Shown here: piece by piece, positions 28,240 to 38,467 of the stretch | Numbering within the stretch: the stretch's first letter is position 1 | How the letters are laid out: the number at the start of each line of letters is the position of its first letter | Assembly (NCBI GenBank): GCA_963701965.1 | Contig: OY969695.1 | Span: 2,656,001 to 2,720,000, forward strand | DNA from: an uncultured Gemmatimonadales bacterium | GTDB lineage: Bacteria > Gemmatimonadota > Gemmatimonadetes > Gemmatimonadales > Gemmatimonadaceae | Length of the DNA stretch: 64,000 bases | Reading direction: 5' to 3' | Translations under genes and position numbers: made by a program | Notes under the pieces: generated by a model | What the model was told of the DNA's origin: nothing | The model's input: the letters and a program-made list of their open reading frames with translations, nothing else | Database searches by the model: none

Positions 28240-29138
28240 GCGACGATCTTGCGCAGATAGAAGTGGTGCGGCCCGAGCTTGCCGCCGTAGTTGCCGGCGG
28301 TGATCAATCGGATGCCGGGCAGACAGGCGGCGGGAATGCCGGCGCGCATGGCGCGGGCAATACTGTCGAAATCCACTCCGTCGATGACAATCTCCATGAC
28401 CGAGTTGACGCCCGCCGGCAGCTCGGTGGCCGTCACGGGCCGCAGGGTCGGCGCGAACGCATCATTCGTCGTCGCGATCATGCTCGGGTATCGCTTCGAC
28501 CCGACTTTGCTGCCGCTGCGCACAATGCCCCCGGGAAAGGGCATGATGACGCCCGCGACGCCCGACATCGCGTCGATCGCCGCCTCGGCGGCCGCCAAAG
28601 CCCGCTCGGCGCTTTCCCCAAGCACGAGGAAGTTGCCGCCGCCGACGCCGGAGACCTTTCCGAAGCTCTCCTCGATCAGGCATTCGCCTTCCATGACCGG
28701 CAACCGCCAGTAGCGCGTGCCGCCGATCATCTTGCTGGACTGAAAGCCGTCGGCAAACACGCGCAACGCTTTGCCGACGGGCATCCGGTCCGGCGAGCCG
28801 GGAATCCCATCGAAGATCGACGTGGTCGGACAGGTGAGCACGGTTTGCCCGAGGCGTTCGATGAGCCGCTGCTGCAACCCGGCCGAGTCGGGCGTGAAGA
28901 CCAGCACGCTGATGCCGGGGCGACCGTCCGGGGTCTCCTCGCCGTCGATCTCGCGCTCGATGCCGGCTTCGACCTTGCAGCCAATGACCGAGGTCGCGAA
29001 TCCGGTCATCGTCGTCGCCGCCACGCGCGCCCAGCGGGCGTTCACCGCCGTGATGATCACGCGCGCGGCGCGCATGGGGAACGCCTCGGCGAACGTGTCG
29101 GCGATCTCGACGCCATTGATCGCAAACGGTTCACTCAT
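28236..29138 (-). CDS. fhcD: Formylmethanofuran:H4MPT formyltransferase
   Basis: DTFAEAF, GFATSVIGC, TPDGRPG, GVGGGN, GGIVRSGSK and AGNYGGKLG motifs. Confidence 0.95.
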   Translation of the reverse strand: MSEPFAINGVEIADTFAEAFPMRAARVIITAVNARWARVAATTMTGFATSVIGCKVEAGIEREIDGEETPDGRPGISVLVFTPDSAGLQQRLIERLGQTVLTCPTTSIFDGIPGSPDRMPVGKALRVFADGFQSSKMIGGTRYWRLPVMEGECLIEESFGKVSGVGGGNFLVLGESAERALAAAEAAIDAMSGVAGVIMPFPGGIVRSGSKVGSKRYPSMIATTNDAFAPTLRPVTATELPAGVNSVMEIVIDGVDFDSIARAMRAGIPAACLPGIRLITAGNYGGKLGPHHFYLRKIVA

Positions 29139-30754
29139 CGAGCCACCGGATAATTCTCGAACGACACCGTGCCGTGCGCGTCGAAGTACCGCTTGATGTC
29201 GCGCTCCACCGCCGCGTCATACGCGGGTTGCACGCGCAGGCGGCGCCCTTGCGGCGCGCGCCGTAACTGACCCTCTTCGACGACCAGCGTCCCCGCCTTG
29301 ATCACGTAGCGCGGCGTCGAGAACATCTCGGCCAGGTTATCGGAACGGGCGTAGATCGTCACGTCGGCGTCGGCGCCGACGCCGAGGTGGCCCTTGTCGC
29401 GCAGCCCGAGGAGCCGCGCCGGGCCGGCCCGGGTGACGATGGCGATCTCGTTGAGGGTGTACACGCGGGCCAGGCCGTCGGCCAACGCGCTCCCGGCGAG
29501 CATCTTGTGATTGACGCGCTTGAGCTGGTCGTCGCGGTACGTCTTGTCCATCAGCAACCGGATCAACTCCGGATAGCTCATGAACGACCCGCCATTGGGA
29601 TGGTCTGTCGACAGCACCAGCCGCCAAGGGTCCGGCGACAGCAGAAACAGCTCCAGCCCGACGACCCACTGGAGCGCCGCGACCGCCGCGCTGTCCTTGT
29701 AGACGTAGGGCACGATGCCGCACCCCGTCTCCATCTCGATGTCGACGTTGACCCACTTCTTCCCGGTCGACATGTGGAGCAGATACTCGACGGCGCCGTC
29801 GGCGGTCAGCGTCGTGGCGTCGCCGAACATGACCTGGCCGACGTCGCCGCTGACTTCGGGATGGGTCGCGAAGTACTCGGCGATCTGCTTGGCCTCGGAC
29901 GTCCACGGCTTGCCGCGCGCGCCGCCATAGCTATGGAACTGCAGGTGCGTGAAGTGCGCCCGCCGCCCGGCGACGGCGCGCATGCTGTCGAGCGTCATGG
30001 CAATGTTCCCGGGCACGCCCAGATTGTTGCAATGGATGTGCACGGGATGGGGAAGCCCCAGCGCGTTGGCCGCGTCGGTCAACGTCTCCAGCACGGCGCG
30101 CGGCGTGACCGTGGGCGCGCCGATGGGGTCATCGAGCGAGTGGATCTCGCGCACGTTGCGCTTCCACAGCTCCACGCCGCCCGGATTCACGATCTTGATC
30201 GCGTAGCCCTGGATGGCGCCGAGGAGCCAGGCGGCGTAATCGCGGGCCCGATCGCGCTCACCCGCGGCGATCTGGCGCAGCAGGTAGTCGTCGTTTCCCA
30301 ACAGCGCGAAGAAGCCGGCGTCGATGATCGGTGTGTCGTCGAGCTGTGCGTGCGTGGACCGCGCCGTGATGGGGGCGACCGCGGCGTCGAACACCGTCGT
30401 GTAGCCCAGGCCCGCATACCGGTACCCCGTGGTGAAAGTGCTCGGCACGGTCCCACCACTCCCCGACCGGGCGAGCGAGGGTTCGTCATCCGCGAAGCGC
30501 GGAGCGCGAGCGGGGTCGGCCGCGTGCTCCTCGGGGAGGAGTTGCCGCGCCAGATTGGTGCTGGAGGCGGCGACGTGGGCGTGGATGTCGATCCCGCCCG
30601 GCATGACCACCATCCCCCGCGCATCGAGTCGCGGTGCATCGCCGCTCAGCGACGCGACGATCCTTCCGTCCTGGATGCGGATGTCGCGGATCTCGCCATC
30701 GACGCCATTCGCCGGGTCGTGGACGGCGCCACCGGTAATACGCAGCGCGCTCAT
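29135..30754 (-). CDS. fhcA: Formyltransferase/hydrolase complex subunit A (FwdA-like amidohydrolase)
   Basis: PGGIDIHAH, IKIVNPGG, HIHCNNLG, THLQFHSYG and STDHPNGG motifs. Confidence 0.95.
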   Translation of the reverse strand: MSALRITGGAVHDPANGVDGEIRDIRIQDGRIVASLSGDAPRLDARGMVVMPGGIDIHAHVAASSTNLARQLLPEEHAADPARAPRFADDEPSLARSGSGGTVPSTFTTGYRYAGLGYTTVFDAAVAPITARSTHAQLDDTPIIDAGFFALLGNDDYLLRQIAAGERDRARDYAAWLLGAIQGYAIKIVNPGGVELWKRNVREIHSLDDPIGAPTVTPRAVLETLTDAANALGLPHPVHIHCNNLGVPGNIAMTLDSMRAVAGRRAHFTHLQFHSYGGARGKPWTSEAKQIAEYFATHPEVSGDVGQVMFGDATTLTADGAVEYLLHMSTGKKWVNVDIEMETGCGIVPYVYKDSAAVAALQWVVGLELFLLSPDPWRLVLSTDHPNGGSFMSYPELIRLLMDKTYRDDQLKRVNHKMLAGSALADGLARVYTLNEIAIVTRAGPARLLGLRDKGHLGVGADADVTIYARSDNLAEMFSTPRYVIKAGTLVVEEGQLRRAPQGRRLRVQPAYDAAVERDIKRYFDAHGTVSFENYPVAR

Positions 30755-31977
30755 CGCGCCCTCACCAGCGCCGTCAGCGCGCCCACGGTGCCCGCGGTCT
30801 CGCGGATGGTGCCGGCCAGCGGCGGCCGCAGCGGAAGCGGGATGTCATCGGCGCGCACGGCCGTCCCGCCGTCGTGAATGCCGGCCATGCCGGTGTCGAT
30901 CGCCACCGCGGCGTCGGTCGCGGTCGCGCGTGGTCCAATCACGATGCGGGATACTTTGGCGAAGCTGCCGGACGGGATCGACCCCGCGGCGCCGACGATC
31001 AAGACCACGTCGGGGTCGACGCGGGCGTCGGGATCATAGCGCGGGGCGCCCCGGGCGAAATCCACGGCCATCGGGTATCCGGTCTGCCACGTGAGCACCG
31101 ACTCGGCCCCCACACGGTTCCCTCCGGCGCGCATCGTGACGAGCGCGCACCGCGTGGGCCCATTGAGCGCCTCGGCCAACGCCAACAACGCCTCGGCCCG
31201 TCCCTCGTCGCGGCCCGGCCGTGGCTCGGCGTCGGCGATGAGGGCGACATACTTGGCGGCGACGAGCCGCGCGGCGAGCGCCGCGGGCTTGTCGCCGATC
31301 GGTGCAAGCGCGGCGCTCATGGGCCTGTCGCCACCGGGCATTCCGCCCGACGGCGCAACGGTTATAACGCGACCCAGTACCGCGGCGCGCATCAGCGCGG
31401 CCGCGGCGAGTTCCTGCGCGGCCGGGAACGCGAAGCGTTCCGCCGCGTCGGGCGGCCCGGCATCATCGCCAATGTCCACCGCGATGATCCCGGCGGGATT
31501 GGTCAGATAGCGCGACCGAAGTCGCGGATAGCCGCGCGCGGGGTCGATGCCCCAGAACACAATGACGTCGGCCCGGTTCCGCAGCTCGCCGAACGTCGCC
31601 CCGGCGCGCCCGCGGCGCTGCGCGGCGATGAGCCAAAACCCGGCGGTCAATGCCGTCAGCGTGTCGAGCGCCGCGCCCAGCGCATCGGCCAGCGCGACGG
31701 CTTCGCGCTGCGCCACACTCGACAGCTCGGCCGCGAGATAGATCAACGGACGCTTCGCCCGCATCAAGAGTGTCGCGGCTTCGCGCAGCGCGGTTGACGC
31801 GTCCGTGTCGGCGCCGCGCACACGGACACCGGAGGAGATGGCACCGTCGCCGAACCACGCCACGCCCAGCGGGCACGCGTTGCGGGCATCGGTGATCCGA
31901 CCGGCCGTCACCGTGACGGCAATGTCATCGCAAGCCAGCCCGCAGCCCAGACACGTGACGTGATCCACGACGGTCAT
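30751..31977 (-). CDS. fhcB: Formyltransferase/hydrolase complex subunit B (FwdB-like)
   Basis: TCLGCGLACDD, TFGELRNRAD, WQTGYP and GTAVRADDIPL motifs. Confidence 0.9.
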   Translation of the reverse strand: MTVVDHVTCLGCGLACDDIAVTVTAGRITDARNACPLGVAWFGDGAISSGVRVRGADTDASTALREAATLLMRAKRPLIYLAAELSSVAQREAVALADALGAALDTLTALTAGFWLIAAQRRGRAGATFGELRNRADVIVFWGIDPARGYPRLRSRYLTNPAGIIAVDIGDDAGPPDAAERFAFPAAQELAAAALMRAAVLGRVITVAPSGGMPGGDRPMSAALAPIGDKPAALAARLVAAKYVALIADAEPRPGRDEGRAEALLALAEALNGPTRCALVTMRAGGNRVGAESVLTWQTGYPMAVDFARGAPRYDPDARVDPDVVLIVGAAGSIPSGSFAKVSRIVIGPRATATDAAVAIDTGMAGIHDGGTAVRADDIPLPLRPPLAGTIRETAGTVGALTALVRAR

Positions 31978-33056
31978 GCGGCCACCCGCCCGGCGCGGGC
32001 CACCAGGCGACGATAACAATCGTCCTCGTCGCGACCGGTGGCGAACACCGTGCAGATCGGAGCACCGGCGCGGATGACCGAACCCGGGCACGGGATGTCG
32101 CGGACGCTAGGATCGCCGAGCCACGACGTCGTGTCGTCCACGGTCACCATGCGCCGCGCATAGACGATGGCCTTCCCAATGGTGCCTCGACGGCGGACAC
32201 GCGGCGCTTCGGCCAGCCGTCCCGCGCACGCCGCCACATGGGCCGTGGCGATCGAGATGCCGTAGTGGCGCTCGGCCAGCTCCATCGACGCGCAATACCG
32301 CGGATTGACCTCGATGGGAATCGGCACGCCTCGGCGCACGATGAAATCGATGCCGTTGATCCCGACGAGCCCGAACGCGCGCGTCGCGATCCCCGCCAGG
32401 ATCACCGCGCGATCGTAGAGCGCGCGGTGCTCACCCGGATGCATCAGGATGTTGCCCGCGTAGCGGAATCCCGACGCCCCGAACGCCGCATCGCCGACTA
32501 ACTGGCGGGTCAGCGCCAACGGAGCCGCCGATTCCCCGTCGGCCACAAAGACGATCGAGCCCGGGACACCCGCGATGCGCTCCTGCACCACGCAGCTCCT
32601 GGCGATCGGCATGTGCTGTCGCCACGGCACGATCGCGTGCCCGCCACCGGACCGCCGCGGTTTCCGGAGCCATCGCCCCACCGCCGGCGCGCTGGCGCGC
32701 ACGGCCGGCGTCGCGATCGCATGCGCCGCGAACGCCCGCCGGAGCGCGAACGGATCGCGCACCCGCGCGGTAACCCCTGGTGGGTTCCCCAGGAGCGCCC
32801 GATCTCCCGCGAGCGCGCCGAGCGCCGCCGGGTGATTCTCGAAGTTCGACGTGTAGGCGACGACGTCGGCGGCGACGCCGCGCGCGCGCAGCGCGGCGGC
32901 AGACGCCGAGTACCGTCCCGGAAGGGCGTGCACGGTCGCCACGGCGCGGAGATCGAGATCCCCGTATCCATCGATCGCCACCACGCGATACCCCGCCGCG
33001 GCCGCCGACTCGGCGAACGCGCGGACGCTGGCCCCGGCCAGGAGCAGCGTCGCCAT
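31974..33056 (-). CDS. ATP-grasp protein associated with H4MPT/methanofuran clusters
   Basis: GASVRAFAESA, DGYGDLD, KPRRSGGG, QERIAG and IEVNPR motifs. Confidence 0.85.
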   Translation of the reverse strand: MATLLLAGASVRAFAESAAAAGYRVVAIDGYGDLDLRAVATVHALPGRYSASAAALRARGVAADVVAYTSNFENHPAALGALAGDRALLGNPPGVTARVRDPFALRRAFAAHAIATPAVRASAPAVGRWLRKPRRSGGGHAIVPWRQHMPIARSCVVQERIAGVPGSIVFVADGESAAPLALTRQLVGDAAFGASGFRYAGNILMHPGEHRALYDRAVILAGIATRAFGLVGINGIDFIVRRGVPIPIEVNPRYCASMELAERHYGISIATAHVAACAGRLAEAPRVRRRGTIGKAIVYARRMVTVDDTTSWLGDPSVRDIPCPGSVIRAGAPICTVFATGRDEDDCYRRLVARAGRVAA

Positions 33057-34108
33057 CAGGCGATCCCCAGGCGGCGCCGCGCATCACCCGGCGCCACGGC
33101 GTAGAGATGGTCCAGCACCGTTCCCCGCGCCTCGCGCAACCCCAGCGCCTCGACCAGCGGTTGGCGCGGCCCACCGGCGAGACCGTCGGCGATCAACGCC
33201 GCGCCTTGCGCCGCCTGCTTGGCGACGGTGGCGAAACCACCCAGCCGCCGCACGGGGGCGATGTGCCCGAGACGGTCGGCGAACGCGTCGAACACACGGT
33301 CCGAGCGGGCCATGCGCCCCGAGAGCACGATCTCCGCCGGCGCCGGCACGGCCACCATGAGCAGCGCGATCGCTTTGAGACCGCCCTCGAGGAACGCCGC
33401 CCACGACACGTCGGCCTCGGGGATGGCCCCGAGGCCGCCGGCGAACAACATCGCTTTGGTGACCTGTCCCGCCAGGTACGCGACCTCGCCATCCCACGCT
33501 CCGGGCGACTGCTGCCCCGCGGGTCCGGACGATCCCCCCAGCCCGTCGACAATGCGCCCCGCGTCGACAGCGACCGCCGCGGTGAACGCGCCGCCCAGCT
33601 CCAGGAGGATGAGCGAGACGTCGCTCACAGCGCAGTCGCGCCGCCGGCACTGCGCATCGATGGCCAGCGCCGCCGCGCAGACCTTGTCCGCGGTTCCCAT
33701 GTCGACGCGATTGACCTTGCGGTGCGCGGGCACCGAGGCGAGATGCACCACACCGGGCGTGAAAACGACCGGCAGGCCGGAGGACGCCAATGCCCGCACG
33801 AGCGACGTCAGGCCCCCGAGGCCGCCCACCTCGCCCGCCTCGGCGAGCACCGCGAGCCGCAGGTCCTCTTCGGTCAACTCCCACCCTGGCACGAGCGGAA
33901 GCCCGTAGCCCGATGGGCCCGCGATCACGTCGAGCGGCCCGCAGGATCGCAGCATCCGCACCACCTCATCCGGTTCGGCCAACGCGTCGGCCGTCGCCAG
34001 CGTGCGATCGAGAAACACGGCGTCGCCGGCCAGTCCGCAGAGATCGATGCTCACCGTCCCGGGGTCGATGCCGACGACCCGCGGCCCGTTTCGCGCCGCC
34101 TCCGCCAC
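33056..34108 (-). CDS. DUF1464-family protein (ASKHA/butyrate-kinase-like)
   Basis: VVGIDPGT, GPSGYGLP, HRKVNRVDMGTADK, ELGGAFTA and AKQAAQGAA motifs; GAGG RBS before GTG. Confidence 0.82.
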   Translation of the reverse strand: MAEAARNGPRVVGIDPGTVSIDLCGLAGDAVFLDRTLATADALAEPDEVVRMLRSCGPLDVIAGPSGYGLPLVPGWELTEEDLRLAVLAEAGEVGGLGGLTSLVRALASSGLPVVFTPGVVHLASVPAHRKVNRVDMGTADKVCAAALAIDAQCRRRDCAVSDVSLILLELGGAFTAAVAVDAGRIVDGLGGSSGPAGQQSPGAWDGEVAYLAGQVTKAMLFAGGLGAIPEADVSWAAFLEGGLKAIALLMVAVPAPAEIVLSGRMARSDRVFDAFADRLGHIAPVRRLGGFATVAKQAAQGAALIADGLAGGPRQPLVEALGLREARGTVLDHLYAVAPGDARRRLGIA

Positions 34109-34116
34109 GATGTCCT

Positions 34117-34974
34117 CTAGCCTATCGATTGCGCCAGCTCGTGTATCGCCTCGGCGTCGAGCACCACATCGTTCGACTCGAACAGCCGCGCGATGCACCG
34201 TTTGTGAATTTTCATCTTGAGCCCACCGACGCCGAGCGCGCCAAAGCACACGACGCCGTCGCGCTTGACCCCATCGTCATTGGCATCAATGCCTTCGATG
34301 CCCAGTGGCGGCACGGCGTTGAGATCGACGGCGACGATGAGTCCGCGGTTCGCCCACGCCGCCCGTGGTACCATCTGCACGCCCGCCGGCCCGCAGTTGA
34401 GCAGAATCTGCGCCCCGTCGACAATGCCGGCGGCTTGCGACGGCTCGGCCATCGGCTTGCACGAGACGTGGCCGCCAAACCGGGCGATGATGTTGCGCTG
34501 CGCGCGCTCGCCATCCGGGCCGCGGCGCGATGTGATGACGACATCGGCGCCTTCTTTCGCGAGCAGACCCGCGGCGCGGGCGCCCACCGGGCCCGTGCCC
34601 GCCGTGACCACCGCGCGCTTGCCCCGCACATCGCCGACCGTGCGCACGATTTTCCGAACCGCCGCCACGGCCGTCGTGTTCGAACCGTTCGAGTCCAGCA
34701 TCAACGAGACGCGGAACGGTCCGAACAGCGTTTCCTGCGCGGCCGTCAGGATCGATTCACCGACATTGATATCCTGGCCGCCGATGAACACCGCCGAGTT
34801 CACGAGGTCCTTTGGGCCCCGCGTGAAGATCAGGCCGTAAATGAGATCCCGTGCGTCGGCCGGCACGATACTGCCGTAGCTCATGATCTCATCGGCGCCG
34901 CCGTCGTAACCGACGACGCGGTCAAAGGCGCTCGGCAGCCGGTTGCTGTCGAGCTGCAATAACAGTTTTCGCAT
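34117..34974 (-). CDS. mtd: NAD(P)-dependent methylene-H4MPT dehydrogenase, MtdA/MtdC-like
   Basis: KLLLQLD...SAFDRVVGYDGG N-terminus (MtdA/C type); IFTRG, DSNGSNTTA, GTGPVG and DLNAVPP motifs. Confidence 0.92.
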   Translation of the reverse strand: MRKLLLQLDSNRLPSAFDRVVGYDGGADEIMSYGSIVPADARDLIYGLIFTRGPKDLVNSAVFIGGQDINVGESILTAAQETLFGPFRVSLMLDSNGSNTTAVAAVRKIVRTVGDVRGKRAVVTAGTGPVGARAAGLLAKEGADVVITSRRGPDGERAQRNIIARFGGHVSCKPMAEPSQAAGIVDGAQILLNCGPAGVQMVPRAAWANRGLIVAVDLNAVPPLGIEGIDANDDGVKRDGVVCFGALGVGGLKMKIHKRCIARLFESNDVVLDAEAIHELAQSIG

Positions 34975-35016
34975 GGGCGGCTGGGCTCGTAGCGAGGATA
35001 TCACCAGCAACCCCTA

Positions 35017-35042
35017 GGCCGCCCGCGGCTGTGCGGGCGGCC
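35017..35042 (-). terminator. GC hairpin between fae and mtd (partial terminator or stabiliser)
   Basis: ggccgcccgc-N6-gcgggcggcc, a perfect 10-bp stem. Confidence 0.4.
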
Positions 35043-35070
35043 CAGGCTTGGGTCGCTGCTACTCCGAGCC

Positions 35071-35592
35071 CTACTTGCCTGCCGAGTCCGCTCCGCCCGC
35101 GAACGGATGCTTGGCCGTTCGCGCCCCGTTGATCACCGCATCGACCGTCGGCTGCTTCTTGAGGGCTCGCTCGATCGATTCCTTTGTCGCGCGGTAGTTG
35201 TAGTCGAAGATCTTCTTGTCGTCCGCGGCGTCCCAGTGAATGAACACGCCGACGGTGATGACGAGATCATCGACTTGGTTGCGCGGAATCACACCGCTCG
35301 ACACCGAATCGACGACGGCGCGCGCGACGGCGGCCTGAGCCGGACCGAACATCTGCACGGCCTGCTTCGCGCCCTTGATCGTCACCTTGTTGTAAAGGAT
35401 CGTGTCAGGCTTGGCAGGGAGATTTGGCGCGACGACGGCAAGCAACGTGGTGAAGCCGTCCTTGTTGTTCGTGAGCGCTGCCGCGAAGGCGTGCCCTACG
35501 GGGCCCTGCCTGGAACCGATCATGAGATCGATATGCGCGACTTCGTTGCCGTCGCCGACCAGCGATTCACCGAGGAAAAAATCCGCAGCCAT
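35071..35592 (-). CDS. fae: Formaldehyde-activating enzyme
   Basis: [34 protein letters not shown] and VFIHW motifs. Confidence 0.96.
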   Translation of the reverse strand: MAADFFLGESLVGDGNEVAHIDLMIGSRQGPVGHAFAAALTNNKDGFTTLLAVVAPNLPAKPDTILYNKVTIKGAKQAVQMFGPAQAAVARAVVDSVSSGVIPRNQVDDLVITVGVFIHWDAADDKKIFDYNYRATKESIERALKKQPTVDAVINGARTAKHPFAGGADSAGK

Positions 35593-35783
35593 GCTGACCT
35601 CCGAACCAGGTTATGTGGGAGCGGCACGCCGGAGATCCGGTCGCGCGGTCCCTATCCACGCAGTCGTGGGCATAGGGTAGCTCGACGAGGACCAAGAGAA
35701 TGGCCAGTGCTACGCGTAAGTGTCAAGGGGGACAATGTGCTCAGAGGCCTGGTGAGGTGCTTCGGTGTCCGTTTCATTTGGTT

Positions 35784-37100
35784 ATGCAGATCCCCATTGA
35801 CACGTTTCGGCTGAGCAACGGGCTCTTCGTGACCCTCTCCGAAGACCACACCGCGCCGATCGTCGCCGTCAATCTCTGGTATCACGTTGGCTCGGCCAAC
35901 GAGCGCGTGGGACGAACGGGATTCGCCCATCTCTTTGAACACATGCTGTTTCAAGGATCGGCGAACGTCGGCGCCAACGAACATTTCGAGCTCATTCAAC
36001 GCGCCGGCGGGACGCTCAACGGTTCGACCTGGCTCGACCGGACGAATTACTACGAGACCGTGCCGTCGAATCAACTCGCGATCGCGCTCTGGCTGGAGGC
36101 GGATCGCATGGGCCGTCTCCTGCCCGCAATGACGCAGCAAAAGCTCGATACCCAGCGCGACGTGGTGAAAAACGAGCGCCGATGGTCGGTCGATAACCAG
36201 CCCTACGGCACGTGGTGGGAACGACTGCCCGCGTTGGCGTTCCCTGCCGATCATCCCTTCCATCATTCATTGATCGGCTCGATGGAAGATCTCTCGGCCG
36301 CCAGCCTCGACGATATCGCCCAGTTCTTCGCGACGTATTACCGGCCGGATAACGCCGTTCTGACGATCGCCGGTGACTTCGACGCCGCGGAGGCCCGCGC
36401 GCTGGTCGATCAGTATTTCGGCCCCATTGCGAAACCGCGCGACCGCAAGCCGCCTCTTCCCGAGATGTCGCTGCCGGCGCGGTTCGACATGCCGCCGCGC
36501 GAGGTCGTCGCCGACGACGTGCGGGTGCCGCGCGTCTATATGGCGGTGCGATCGCCGGCATTCGGGACCGACGGGTACTACGAGGCCAGTGTCACCGCGG
36601 CCGTGCTGGGTCTCAAGAAAGGCAGTCGTCTGCACAAGGCGTTGGTGCGCGACCGGCAAGTGGCGGTCGACGCCAGCGCCTCCACGTTCGATTTGGGCAG
36701 CGGCACGGATCTCTTGATCGTCGATGCGACGGCCCATCCGGGCACGAGCGCCGAGGAGCTGGAACGGGCCGTCGCCAGTGAGATGGACCGCCTGGCGGCC
36801 GAGGGAGCGTCCGTGGAGGAAGTGGAGCGCGCCATCGCGTTGATCGAGACCGACTTCGTCAAGTCGATGCAGTCGGCGGGGGATCGCGCCGACAAGCTGT
36901 CAATGTTCGCGACGTATTTGGGTGACCCGGCGCGCATCAACCAGCATGTCGACCGCTATCGCGCGGTGACGGCCAAGGCGGTCACCGCGTTTGCCCGCGC
37001 GCGCCTCGGCGCGCCGCATCGGGCGACGCTGATCTACGTGCCCCGCAGCACGGTGCCCGTGGACGTTGCGACCCATGATGCCGTGGCGGTCGGCGCATGA
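35784..37100 (+). CDS. M16 family zinc peptidase, catalytic subunit
   Basis: GFAHLFEHMLF (HxxEH), NGST and LWLEADRM motifs. Confidence 0.92.
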   Translation: MQIPIDTFRLSNGLFVTLSEDHTAPIVAVNLWYHVGSANERVGRTGFAHLFEHMLFQGSANVGANEHFELIQRAGGTLNGSTWLDRTNYYETVPSNQLAIALWLEADRMGRLLPAMTQQKLDTQRDVVKNERRWSVDNQPYGTWWERLPALAFPADHPFHHSLIGSMEDLSAASLDDIAQFFATYYRPDNAVLTIAGDFDAAEARALVDQYFGPIAKPRDRKPPLPEMSLPARFDMPPREVVADDVRVPRVYMAVRSPAFGTDGYYEASVTAAVLGLKKGSRLHKALVRDRQVAVDASASTFDLGSGTDLLIVDATAHPGTSAEELERAVASEMDRLAAEGASVEEVERAIALIETDFVKSMQSAGDRADKLSMFATYLGDPARINQHVDRYRAVTAKAVTAFARARLGAPHRATLIYVPRSTVPVDVATHDAVAVGA

Positions 37101-38467
37101 CGGCGATCGCCACGCGGCCGACGGCGCTGCCGCCGCGGCCCTATCAATTTCCGCGTTTCGAGACCGGTGTGCTGAGCAACGGCGTGCGGCTGGTGGTCGC
37201 ACCCGTCGCCAAGCTTCCCGTCGCCAGCATCATGGCCGTGATCAATGCCGGCGCCGCAATGGATCCAGCGGGCAAGGAGGGCGTGGCGCTCCTCACCGCG
37301 CGTGCGCTCGTCGAGGGCGCTGGACCGCGCAATGGCGCGGCCCTCATCGCGAGCGCCGAGCGGCTGGGGACGGAGCTGGTGACCAGCGCGGACTGGGACG
37401 CGGCGTTGGTCGAGCTGACGGTGCTGTCCCCCCGGCTCGACGAGGCCCTGAGCCTCGTGGGCGAGATCGTGACGGCGCCGACGTTTCCCGCGCCCGAGTT
37501 TGGGCGGCTCAAAAGCGAGCGGTTGGCCGAGCTGCTGCAACTGCGCGCCGAGCCGCGGGGGTTGGCCGACGAGATGCTCGGACGATTCCTCTACGCCGCC
37601 AATGTCCGTTATGCGCGCCCCGAGGGCGGGTCGGAGTCGTCCGTCGCGGCGCTCACGCGCGAGGACGTCGTCGCGTTCTATCAGGCGCGATATCGCCCGG
37701 CGGCGGTGACACTGGTCGTCGTGGGCGATGTGACCCTCGCCGATGTACAAGGCATGGCCGAGGCGGCGCTCGGCGGCTGGCGGGGCGGAAGCGACCCGGG
37801 CCGCCCGGTGGCGTCGGATCGGCCGGCGCGACTCACGTCCGCGGTCCATATCGTCACCAAGGCCGACGCGCCGCAGTCGGAGCTCCGGGTGGGCCAGATC
37901 GGCGTGCCGCGCACGCACCCGGATTACTTCAAAATCACCGTGATGAACGCGATCCTCGGCGGTCTCTTTTCCTCCCGGATCAATCTGAATCTGCGCGAAG
38001 TGCACGCGTACACCTACGGCGCCCATTCCGGATTCGAGTGGCGGCGCGAGGCCGGTCCGTTTGCCGTCGACACGGCCGTACGGAGCGACATCACGGACAA
38101 GGCGCTCGCTGAGATCCTGGGGGAGATCACCCGGATTCGCACCGAGACGGTGACGGAAGACGAGCTCTCGCTGGCCACCAGTTATCTCGACGGCATTTTC
38201 CCGATTCGATACGAGACGGTGTCCAGCATCGCCGTGGCGCTGGTCAACCTCGTCATCTACGGGCTGCCGCCGGATTTCTACGATCAGTATCGCTCGCGCG
38301 TCAGGGCCGTCAGCACGGCCAATGTGCTGGCGACGGCCCGCACCCATCTCGATCCGTCGCGTCTCCAGATGGTCATTGTTGGCGACCCCGAGACGATCCG
38401 CGTTCCGCTCGAGCGGTTGGCGGTCGGGCCGGTCGCGACCTATGACGACAGCGGGCGTCCGCTGTGA
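37097..38467 (+). CDS. M16 family peptidase, non-catalytic partner
   Basis: LSNGVRL and NAILGGLFSSRINLNLRE..YTYG; lacks HxxEH. Confidence 0.9.
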   Translation: MTAIATRPTALPPRPYQFPRFETGVLSNGVRLVVAPVAKLPVASIMAVINAGAAMDPAGKEGVALLTARALVEGAGPRNGAALIASAERLGTELVTSADWDAALVELTVLSPRLDEALSLVGEIVTAPTFPAPEFGRLKSERLAELLQLRAEPRGLADEMLGRFLYAANVRYARPEGGSESSVAALTREDVVAFYQARYRPAAVTLVVVGDVTLADVQGMAEAALGGWRGGSDPGRPVASDRPARLTSAVHIVTKADAPQSELRVGQIGVPRTHPDYFKITVMNAILGGLFSSRINLNLREVHAYTYGAHSGFEWRREAGPFAVDTAVRSDITDKALAEILGEITRIRTETVTEDELSLATSYLDGIFPIRYETVSSIAVALVNLVIYGLPPDFYDQYRSRVRAVSTANVLATARTHLDPSRLQMVIVGDPETIRVPLERLAVGPVATYDDSGRPL

